Of a stretch of 64,000 bases of DNA, positions 1 through 7,209 are shown piece by piece (position 1 is the first letter of the stretch; each line of letters begins with the position of its first letter). The stretch comes from Candidatus Gastranaerophilales bacterium. Its GTDB lineage: Bacteria > Cyanobacteriota > Vampirovibrionia > Gastranaerophilales > Gastranaerophilaceae. The stretch covers positions 21,159 through 85,158 of the forward strand of contig CALURL010000006.1 in assembly GCA_944323155.1 (NCBI GenBank), given 5' to 3'. The translations under genes and the position numbers were made by a program. The notes beneath the pieces are model-generated. The model made no database searches and had not been told where the DNA came from. It worked only from the letters and a program-made list of their open reading frames with translations.

Positions 1-568
1 GCAAATGTACATTTCTTCTTGTAAATGGTTTCAATTTAGGATAACCGTCAAAGCCGCCAATAGCAACTGGAACAATATCAGCTTTTGCATTTTTTGCAAT
101 AACAATAAAACCTTTTTTAAGCTCACCTAACTTAGATCCATAAGGTCTTATACCACCTTGCGGGAAAACTCCCAAAGACCAGCTTGTAGATAATATATCA
201 CGAACTGTTTTAAAAGTCGCAATTTCGGGTTTATTTCTATCAACAGCAAAAGCGCCCAAACGTTTTACAAGCCATTCAAACTTATCACCTTTTTCAAAAA
301 GTTCTTTTTTTGCCATATAAGCAATTGGACGTCCGCAAGCCATAGTAACCATAGGAGGATCAAAATGAGAAACATGGTTTGCTGTATATATAAATTTTCC
401 ACTTTTAGCTTTAGTCGGCAAATTTTCTCTGCCAGTAATTGTATAATTGTAGAAAATTTTCATAAACGGAATTACAACAACATACAAAAAACACATATAA
501 AACATTGTTCTAAATATGTTATATTCTGAAGGATATCTTCTATTGTAATTTCTTTGTTTCTTAGTCAT
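1..568 (-). CDS. PlsC-type lysophospholipid acyltransferase, C-terminal end cut by window edge
   Basis: Not in ORF track because there is no stop in the window. My reverse translation from ATG 568..566 (GGAG about 6 nt upstream) gives MTKKQRNYNRRYPSEYNIF...TANHVSHFDPP...VFPQGG. These are the NHxxxxD and FPxG acyltransferase blocks. Paralog of the next gene. Confidence 0.75.
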   Translation of the reverse strand, partial: MTKKQRNYNRRYPSEYNIFRTMFYMCFLYVVVIPFMKIFYNYTITGRENLPTKAKSGKFIYTANHVSHFDPPMVTMACGRPIAYMAKKELFEKGDKFEWLVKRLGAFAVDRNKPEIATFKTVRDILSTSWSLGVFPQGGIRPYGSKLGELKKGFIVIAKNAKADIVPVAIGGFDGYPKLKPFTRRNVHL

Positions 569-570
569 TC

Positions 571-1257
571 TTAACTCCTAGTTTTTTCGCCATCCTTGGA
601 TACATCATTTGGAATATATTTAAATCCAGTAAGTTCTTGAATTGCAGCAATCCATTTTTCAACAACTTCATCAGGATTATCACTATATGGAATTGGTTTT
701 CCGATTTTAACTACAATTTTACCAGAAAAAGGTAAGTGTTTAGCCTCCTGAGTACCTGTAATTCCAATAGGCAAAACTGCGCATTTCGTAATTTTAGCAA
801 GTCCTGCAAAGCCTTTTGTAACGCCGGTAATAGTTCCAGGAACACCTCTTGTTCCTTGAGGGAAAATTCCGAACACCCATTTACTTTTTTTAATTTCAAG
901 AACAGTTTTAATGGTAGAAGGTCCTAAGCTTTCTCTATTAACAGCAAAAGTTCCCAGCCAATCAATCCACCACCTGATAAACGGAATATCAAACAACTCT
1001 TTTTTAGCCATAAAAGAGACCCTACGGGGTAAAATTGCAGCAATCATAGGTGGATCAAGGGTAGAAAGATGATTTGGACAAACAATATATTCATTATCCT
1101 TTGGAACATTTTCCAATCCTTCAACCTTAAGTCTATATACGACTTTCAAACGAATCATATAAAATATTTTACAAATAATAAGTTGGAATATTGTTCTCCA
1201 AATATTAAATTCAGAGGCATTTCTTTTTGTATAATTTTTGTCTTTATCCCAAAACAT
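571..1257 (-). CDS. 1-acyl-sn-glycerol-3-phosphate acyltransferase family protein (PlsC-like)
   Basis: 228-aa ORF with NHLSTLDPP (NHxxxxD) and FPQGTR acyltransferase motifs. Confidence 0.85.
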   Translation of the reverse strand: MFWDKDKNYTKRNASEFNIWRTIFQLIICKIFYMIRLKVVYRLKVEGLENVPKDNEYIVCPNHLSTLDPPMIAAILPRRVSFMAKKELFDIPFIRWWIDWLGTFAVNRESLGPSTIKTVLEIKKSKWVFGIFPQGTRGVPGTITGVTKGFAGLAKITKCAVLPIGITGTQEAKHLPFSGKIVVKIGKPIPYSDNPDEVVEKWIAAIQELTGFKYIPNDVSKDGEKTRS

Positions 1258-1390
1258 TTATAATAATCCTCTTAAAGAAATAGTATACTGTTTACTAAAA
1301 TTATACCTATAAGAAAGAAATATGACAAGTATTGAAATATAAAATAACAGCCTCTCTACCATCCTCTCATCCAAAACTAGTTGAATGGTG

Positions 1391-1442
1391 AAAGTTTGGT
1401 ATACCTGCAAAGCTGTAGGTTTTAGTTTTCCACCCCAACAAA
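1391..1442 (+). repeat. Degenerate REP-like hairpin unit (..CTGTAGGTTTTAGTTTTCCACCCCAACAA)
   Basis: Shares the AAAGTTT..GGT..CTGTAGGTT...CCCAACAA layout with units at 1536-1564, 1785-1837, 3895-3930, 53978-54033 and 56024-56064. Confidence 0.6.
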
Positions 1443-1483
1443 AAACATATCCTCTAGCCACATTGGGGAGAGAGTTAGAGAGA

Positions 1484-1564
1484 GGGGTGCTACGCACGTA
1501 GAAACTTGTGCCAATATTTGAGAGACTTAAAAAAATTGTAAGTTGGGGTTTCTACCCCAACAAG
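1484..1564 (+). repeat. Composite intergenic repeat, copy 1
   Basis: GGGGTGCTACGCACGTAG (CTACG/CGTAG palindrome), then ..CAATATTTGAGAGACTTAAA.., then hairpin TTGGGGTTTCTACCCCAACAAG. Aligns by eye with copies at 1681, 1741 and 3895 (inverted). Confidence 0.8.
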
Positions 1565-1680
1565 TAAACTTGTTCCCTCTCCTAGGGAGAGCGGATTGCG
1601 AGCAGAGGGCGAAACGGCGGCGCGCAGGCGACGGCGTTGCAGCCCCGTTTAACGCGAGCAACCAAGCAGGGATAGGGTGA
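1565..1680. other. GC-rich ~115-bp island embedded between repeat copies, function unknown
   Basis: CTCTCCTAGGGAGAG palindrome followed by GCGGATTGCGAGCAGAGGGCGAAACGGCGGCGCGCAGGCGACGGCGTTGCAGCCCCGTTTAACGCGAGC. Composition differs sharply from the surrounding AT-rich DNA. AAACGG..CCGTTT can pair. Confidence 0.4.
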
Positions 1681-1740
1681 GGGGTGCTACGCACGTAGGA
1701 ACCTGTATCAATATTCGAGAGACTTTAAAGTTTTTGGTCA
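1681..1740 (+). repeat. Composite intergenic repeat, copy 2 (lacks terminal hairpin)
   Basis: GGGGTGCTACGCACGTAGGAACCTGTATCAATATTCGAGAGACTTTAAAGTTTTTGGTCA, directly abutting copy 3. Confidence 0.8.
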
Positions 1741-1837
1741 GGGGTGCTACGCACGTAGGTAACTTTACCAATCTTCGAAAAACTTTAAAGTTTTTGGTGA
1801 AAATATAACTGTAGGTTGGGCATACCTGCCCAACAAG
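1741..1837 (+). repeat. Composite intergenic repeat, copy 3 (full length); left arm of inverted repeat around the giant pilin-like gene
   Basis: GGGGTGCTACGCACGTAGG...ACTTTAAAGTTTTTGGTGAAAATATAACTGTAGGTTGGGCATACCTGCCCAACAAG. The reverse complement of 3895-3991 aligns over the whole length at roughly 80 percent identity by eye. Confidence 0.85.
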
Positions 1838-1839
1838 AT

Positions 1840-1866
1840 AAAAAAAGAGCCCGATTTATCAGGCTC
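1840..1866 (-). terminator. Rho-independent terminator of the giant pilin-like gene
   Basis: Minus strand reads GAGCCTGATAAATCGGGCTC followed by TTTTTTT, 35 nt after the stop at 1902. Confidence 0.7.
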
Positions 1867-2639
1867 AGTAATGTTAACCAATTTAAATGTTTGTTTTGGA
1901 GTTACATTTTAATTGGTCGGATTGGTACAAGACGACAATCTGCATCTTGTACTTTACATTTGTCATCGATGGTCATGCCACCGCAGTATGCACTGGTTTG
2001 GATATAACCACTCTTACAAGCGGCTTCACGGAAACTTGTACTCTTTAATAACCATTTGACTACACGGGCTTGGCCGCTGTAATCGTCATACTGAAGACTT
2101 ACCTCCAAGTCACTCTTACTGTTGCCGCCGCGTTCACTACCGTCTTCCGGGAAACCTGGAACGACGGTACCAGATAAGGTTAAGTAGAACGGAAAAACAT
2201 CTTCATAAAGAATACTATCACCGGCGTTGCCGTTGACGTCAACATAAACAATATAACCGCCTTCGTCCATGGTGACACATTTACCGTCAGCCAAGAACAT
2301 TCCTGCTGGACAATAGCAGCCGCAATCAGGATAATCTGTCATATTACCGCCTGAGTCGACACATTGGCTTATGGCGTCTGCATTACAGGTTTTACGTCTA
2401 CATGTGTTTGCGCCGGTGCTTTCGTAGGGCTCTTCACATTTGCACAAGCAGCCTTCTAAGTATGTACTCATCGTGCCATGGCTGGAAACACAAGCATTGA
2501 CAACATCGGTCGCACAGGTTAACTCTACACACTTACTGCCGTCACTGGCATAACCTGCAGGACAGTTGGTACATTTACAATCTGGATATGAAGTCATAGT
2601 CCCGCCACTTGAAGTACAGGTACTTATCGCGCCTGAATC

Positions 2640-2960
2640 ACAAGTTTTCATTGTACAACTGCCATTAACTAAGTTATAAAGACTTGAACAGGAATTGCAA
2701 CGGCCGGTACATTTATCGCAATTAGTACAGCCTGCACTGCAGGATTTATTACAAGCTACACAAGAGGAGCCAGACAACTGGTAACCGCTCGAACAGCTAC
2801 TACAACGACCGGTACAACGGTCACAATTGCACAACCTGCACTACAGGAGGTATTGCATAGCTGGCAACTGCTGCCGACTAACTTATAACCACTAGAACAA
2901 GAACGGCACTGACCAGTACATTTATCACAGTCGCTGCAGCCACTGCCGCAACTGCCGTGC
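2640..2960 (-). repeat. Three tandem ~105-111-nt coding repeats (furin/VSP-like Cys-rich units)
   Basis: Peptide units GSCGSGCSDCDKCTGQCRSCSSGYKLVGSSCQLCNTSCSAGC / ANCDRCTGRCSSCSSGYQLSGSSCVACNKSCSAGC / TNCDKCTGRCNSCSSLYNLVNGSC, read across the frame breaks. Confidence 0.75.
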
Positions 2961-3775
2961 AGGGTTGGCATTCTTCACCTCTATGTGCAGCACCTAAACT
3001 AACTGCTTTGTAGCCACTCGGGCAAGAACATGAACAATATGGAAAACCGCCCAGAGGGTAGCCTCCTGGATTATTAAATGTGCCACCCGAATTTTGACAT
3101 CTATTTCGATTACCTACAGAACAGTTAACAAGAGCAAACGCAGGTGGCGTAAGATTATTCATAATACCTGTCAGAAAACCACTAAACCTTTGTAGAATAC
3201 TCGCGAACTTAAAGCCGGAGACATAACCTGTTTTCATATTGCCCTTCAACTGAGGTATTTCTACATAGTCATTTTTTACATTATAAAGCTTCATGCCGTT
3301 ACGAAAAACTATATCTGGTTGTACACCCGAAAAGTCTCCTGATGCAACAGCTTGAGATATGGCTGATTTGTTGTTGCCGCTACAATTTGAAGAGACTGTA
3401 TTCACAGACTCTTCGACGGCCTCACAGAAATCATTGCCATTGGTAGGCAAAGTTACTGAGATTGATACACAATCACAAACACTTTTATCGAATGCGTAAC
3501 CATCGGGACATTGTTTTTCTGTGCTACACGTGCCTTCTTTGTGCTCGGTGTCCTGTTTCTTAATTGAATATGAATTGCCGATTAAATTCGCAGAGACACT
3601 GTTTAAGGTGTCGTAGGCGGCAAAATATGTATAAGTGACAACTTTGTCTAACTTCGTGCGGGTGATTTTTATACAAACTCCGGCGACTACAGCTATAATC
3701 AACATGACGATGATTACCTCGGACAACGTAAATCCGAACGACCGCCGAAGTCCTTGGGAGACTAAGGAATTATCG

Positions 3776-3786
3776 CCCCCCCCCCC
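3776..3786 (-). repeat. G11 homopolymer (coding strand) at codon 10 of the giant pilin-like gene; in frame
   Basis: Counted 5+6 C on the plus strand. Coding strand is ATG+27 nt+G11 = ...LLS GGGG D. With G10 the frame would hit TAG (GCG ATA ATT CCT TAG). Confidence 0.9.
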
Positions 3787-3851
3787 GCTTAACAAGCGTA
3801 AGATTCTTTTCATCTTTTTTACCTCTCTATATTCTGTGTAACTCCAATTTT

Positions 3852-3880
3852 ATTATATTAGATTTTTTGAACTTATGCAA
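3852..3880 (-). promoter_or_regulatory. Sigma-70-type promoter TTGCAT-N17-TATAAT for the giant pilin-like gene
   Basis: Minus strand: TTGCAT (3880..3875), 17-nt spacer, TATAAT (3857..3852), ~39 nt upstream of ATG 3813, with AGAGAGG as RBS. Lies inside the inverted-repeat bracket. Confidence 0.55.
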
Positions 3881-3894
3881 CCCGTAAATTTTTA

Positions 3895-3991
3895 TTGTTG
3901 GGCAGGTATGCACAAACTACAGTTATATTCTTACCAAAACCTTTAAAGTCCCACGAATATTGACACAAGTCTCTACGTGCGTAGCACAGGG
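3895..3991 (-). repeat. Composite intergenic repeat, copy 4 (inverted); right arm of the bracket
   Basis: TTGTTGGGCAGGTATGCACAAACTACAGTTATATTCTTACCAAAACCTTTAAAGTCCCACGAATATTGACACAAGTCTCTACGTGCGTAGCACAGGG is the reverse complement of the unit at 1741-1837. Confidence 0.85.
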
Positions 3992-4079
3992 ATATGAGTT
4001 ACACAATATCAAATTTGATTGCATAATACAAGTTTTTTGTATAATATATTTATAAAAGATTATATTAAGGAGAGAACAG

Positions 4080-6353
4080 ATGCAAACAATGAAACATTCT
4101 GAAAATCAGCTGGAAAATGAATTATTTAAAAGTGTTTATGACAAAACTCCCGATTACATTAAAGAATTAAACCTTATGGATTTCTCCAACAAAGGAGAGT
4201 TCACATTTACATTAAAAAAAGAACATTTGTATCCGTATGACAAAAATTCAAATCCTGAAGGACTCAATTTAAAAGATTGGTTTGCAAATTACGCAAAAGA
4301 GGCAAAAGTTTCCACAGCAGGGATTAGAGGGCCTCAAAATATTTTATTTCCGCAAGATACAAGATTTCCGATAAATCTTGTAGGAATAGTTCTTGCGACT
4401 TTAGCAAAAGCTCTAGTGGCAAAAGAAAAATACCCGAATAAAGAAATTCTAAAAGTTGCAGGAAGAGAAGTTCGTTATAATTCTGCGCTGTTTCTTGATG
4501 CAATAGCAAGAATTCAAGCGGCAAACGGTATTAAAACTCTTGTACCTAAAGAAAGAAAAACTATTCCAATCTGGCTTGCATCATTTTTAGCGTTCAAACT
4601 TGATTTACTTGGCGGTGAATATATTACATCAAGTCACGGTATTTCTGTAAAAAATGCTACAAAAGATTTGAATTCTCAAGGCAGCCAGTATCTGCCAGAG
4701 GAATCTCTTGAATTTGTTAATAAAATTCAAGAAATTTTTGACATGACAGAAAAAAATGGTTCTTACGAGATTAAAATCGCAGCACAAGATAATCCGCTTA
4801 TAGATGAAAAAATTATGGATAAATTAAATGACGGCGTGGATTTATACGTTGAATACCTGAAATCCGGCGTTGCTCAAAAAATTAATCTTGATTTAATCAA
4901 GCAGATTAAAGACAAAATTGTTATTGAAAATGTCGGAGGCTCTGCATACAGAACGCTTAGCAGAGTGTTGAAAAAACTTGAAATTTCCGATAAATTTACA
5001 TGGTTTAACACAGAAGAAGATCCGTTTTTCCATTCAATAGGGAAGTATGACCATACACCGGCCGGAGAAAAAGCATTCTACGATTATTCTGTTGATGCGA
5101 CAGTTATTGCAAAGAAAAAAGACGGCGAAAAATTCTTCCCTGTTATTGAAACAATGAACTATCAAGAAAAATTAAAAAATATGCCTGTTGGAACAGCAGT
5201 TTTAATAACAGACCCTGACCATGACAGATTAACAATTACACAAACCGAATATGCATGTACAATTCCAGAACTCGAAAGAGCAGGAATTGATTATATTAAA
5301 ATCAATGATGACGTAATTCTAACAATTTTCACAGCTAATCAAGCTTTCCTAATGCTTATGGATTTCTGGGCTAAACAATTAAAGGCTCAAGGATTATGGG
5401 GAAATCATCCGCGATTTATGATTAAAACAACAGCCTCAGCTCTTTCTTGGGATGAATGGGCAAAAAAACAAGGGGTTAAAGTTGTTAATGTTCCTGTCGG
5501 CTTCAAAGAAATTGCTAACATCATGAAAAAAGTTGAGTTGAAATTGAAAAATTCCCCTGACAAGGAAGTTATCATTGAAGATGTATTCGGCAATGAAATT
5601 AACCTCGGCATAAATCCTAGATTACTTTTCGGTGGCGAAGAATCCGGCGGAATGATTATGGGTACAGAAGATCTCATTGAATCGCTTGCAGGAAGAAAAG
5701 CAATTGCGATGAGAGAAAAAAGCGCTACAGAAGCAATTATTGTTGCCTCTGCACTTATATCAAAGCTACAAAAAGAACAGGTTTCTTTATCTGAATATCT
5801 TCAATCAGTCTTTGATGAAAATGATATTATCGGACGCTTTGATACCCGTGTTGATATCGCTTACTACAACGAATCAGAGCCTGATATCAACAAACTTAAA
5901 CAAGCTAAAATTGAAGGGGAAAAGAAACGTACTAAGAACGATTTATTTTATCTTTCAATGGCAATGGGCGTAAAAGAAGGAATTATGACACTTGATGATG
6001 TTATAGAAATCCTTAATGACAGTTTCAAAAGTCTTATATTCGATCATCTTACAAACATAAAATTTGTCGGAGATGGAACATATTTGGAATTTACTGATAA
6101 ATACATTGAAATTCGTCCTTCAGGAACAGATGCCAAAACTAAAGCATATGGCGGCGGAAGCGACAAATCAATTATTGAGACATACGCCGGTGCTATGGGT
6201 AACTACTCCGGTGAAAGAACAGAGTTACATAAAAAATTTATCTCAGATGAATTTTACGAGCAAACTAAAGATAAAGCAATGGATTATTATCTGGAATTTG
6301 TCGATAAAGACGCAAATAATGAACCATTTACAATTCCAGAATACAAATTCTAA
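4080..6353 (+). CDS. Alpha-D-phosphohexomutase superfamily protein (divergent, long phosphoglucomutase/phosphomannomutase-like)
   Basis: 757 aa. TSSHG (active-site Ser loop, like TASHNP), GGEESGG (sugar-binding loop) and RPSGTDAKTK (RxSGTEP phosphate-binding loop). Confidence 0.6.
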   Translation: MQTMKHSENQLENELFKSVYDKTPDYIKELNLMDFSNKGEFTFTLKKEHLYPYDKNSNPEGLNLKDWFANYAKEAKVSTAGIRGPQNILFPQDTRFPINLVGIVLATLAKALVAKEKYPNKEILKVAGREVRYNSALFLDAIARIQAANGIKTLVPKERKTIPIWLASFLAFKLDLLGGEYITSSHGISVKNATKDLNSQGSQYLPEESLEFVNKIQEIFDMTEKNGSYEIKIAAQDNPLIDEKIMDKLNDGVDLYVEYLKSGVAQKINLDLIKQIKDKIVIENVGGSAYRTLSRVLKKLEISDKFTWFNTEEDPFFHSIGKYDHTPAGEKAFYDYSVDATVIAKKKDGEKFFPVIETMNYQEKLKNMPVGTAVLITDPDHDRLTITQTEYACTIPELERAGIDYIKINDDVILTIFTANQAFLMLMDFWAKQLKAQGLWGNHPRFMIKTTASALSWDEWAKKQGVKVVNVPVGFKEIANIMKKVELKLKNSPDKEVIIEDVFGNEINLGINPRLLFGGEESGGMIMGTEDLIESLAGRKAIAMREKSATEAIIVASALISKLQKEQVSLSEYLQSVFDENDIIGRFDTRVDIAYYNESEPDINKLKQAKIEGEKKRTKNDLFYLSMAMGVKEGIMTLDDVIEILNDSFKSLIFDHLTNIKFVGDGTYLEFTDKYIEIRPSGTDAKTKAYGGGSDKSIIETYAGAMGNYSGERTELHKKFISDEFYEQTKDKAMDYYLEFVDKDANNEPFTIPEYKF

Positions 6354-6361
6354 AATAAAAC

Positions 6362-6397
6362 AACCGCCTTGAAGAAACCTCAAGGCGGTTTAATTTT
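6362..6397. terminator. Bidirectional hairpin terminator between convergent genes
   Basis: AACCGCCTTGA-AGAAACC-TCAAGGCGGTT (11-bp stem), followed by TAATTTT and preceded by an A-rich run. Confidence 0.75.
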
Positions 6398-7159
6398 AAA
6401 ACCAAGGATAATCATCTTTTATCTGCCAGCCGTCATAGAATATCAAACCGGTACAGTAATTAGCATACTCTTTAGTAGGTTTTCCTGAGCAATAATCCAG
6501 AAGCTGAGATCTTTGTAACCCCAAACCTCCATATGGCTCTAATCCAGTTTTTTTGTATTGAAAAGTAAAGTATTTTGAGCCGCAACAAGCTTGTTGGGAA
6601 TTAACGTCCTTCTGGCAGCTATCAACATCTTTTGCGTAAGGATAAAAATACATATCAAAGACTGTTTTGGAATTGGTCGCAGCAAAACGAATTCCAAAAC
6701 CGCTTCCGTCAACAAGCTTAACCCAAACAGTATAATCATGCACCATTCTTTCAACAGAAAGAACATTCATATGCTTTCGTAAATAGGTATTGAACCACTC
6801 CTCAGTAGCTGATTCCTGAGTCAAATCCGGATCAGGCCAATTTTCAACTTCACCATATTCAACTTCTGCTAATTTTACAGCCTGTGAAAAAGTTGAATAG
6901 AATTTTTTTAACCTTGTCTCAGCAACACCTTTTTTGTGATTAGCAACCATAGAAGGAATAGTTAAGGCTGCGACAATGCCGATTATTCCTAAAGTAATTA
7001 AGACCTCTGCTAGAGTAAAGGCGGGTTTTATTTTAGATACCTTTGTTGAATTGCAAGAAATGCATTGTCTTTCAAAAAATTTTAAAGTTCCACAAACATT
7101 GGCGCAGGTATCTAGGCGCTTGCCCCCCCCCCAACTGCTCTTCTAAATCTATTTTTCAT
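6396..7159 (-). CDS. Prepilin-type N-terminal cleavage/methylation domain protein, phase-variable leader; currently out of frame at G10
   Basis: Track ORF 6396..6950 continues upstream in frame as KPA|FTLAEVLITLGIIGIVAALTIPS with no ATG/GTG/TTG. ATG at 7159 (AAGGAGG RBS) is 209 nt upstream (209 mod 3 = 2) and reads MKNRFRRAV+G10 then GCA AGC GCC TAG. One extra G fuses it in frame with no stops (checked codon by codon). C-terminus is GWQIKDDYPWF. Confidence 0.8.
7123..7132 (-). repeat. G10 homopolymer at codon 10 of pilin-like gene (off frame)
   Basis: 8+2 C counted on the plus strand. Confidence 0.9.
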
Positions 7160-7177
7160 AAAACCTCCTTTTATATA

Positions 7178-7206
7178 AATATATCAAATTTTCAAAAGAT
7201 TCGCAA
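7178..7206 (-). promoter_or_regulatory. Candidate promoter TTGCGA-N17-TATATT for pilin-like gene 6396..7159
   Basis: Minus strand: TTGCGA (7206..7201), 17-nt spacer, TATATT (7183..7178), just after the sulP stop. Confidence 0.4.
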
Positions 7207-7209
7207 GCA

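Larger units (their letters stand above)
1902..3813 (-). pseudogene. Giant cysteine-rich prepilin-type protein (~637 codons) interrupted by two one-base frame deficits
   Basis: Three consecutive track ORFs (2878..3813, 2756..2971, 1902..2834) continue the same repeat pattern across frames. N-terminus is MKRILRLLSGGGGDNSLVSQGLRRSFG|FTLSEVIIVMLIIAVVAGV (prepilin cleavage/methylation motif). Then three CxxCD[KR]CTGxCxSCSSGYxLxGSSCxxCNxSCSAGC repeats and four C..SGG.M..YPDC.C.CP.GY modules. C-terminus has VDVNGNAG..F, the family motif shared with the other pilin-like genes. Frame breaks are near 2955 and 2830. Confidence 0.75.

Noticed and set aside
1258-1497. 79-aa track ORF upstream of plsC
   Set aside because: It runs through the REP-like repeat cluster, has no RBS or recognisable motif, and its sequence is dictated by repeat units. 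Treated as spurious.
1484-1837. Could the three direct GGGGTGCTACGCACGTAG... copies be a CRISPR array?
   Set aside because: Unit lengths and spacings are irregular (copies 2 and 3 abut with no spacer, while copies 1 and 2 are separated by a GC-rich island). An inverted copy lies 2 kb away, and there are no cas genes. This is a REP/MITE-like family instead.
1902-2971. Track ORFs 1902..2834 and 2756..2971 as independent genes
   Set aside because: Their N-terminal Met/TTG starts fall inside a continuous Cys-repeat pattern that continues from the previous frame. They are fragments of one disrupted gene (1902..3813).
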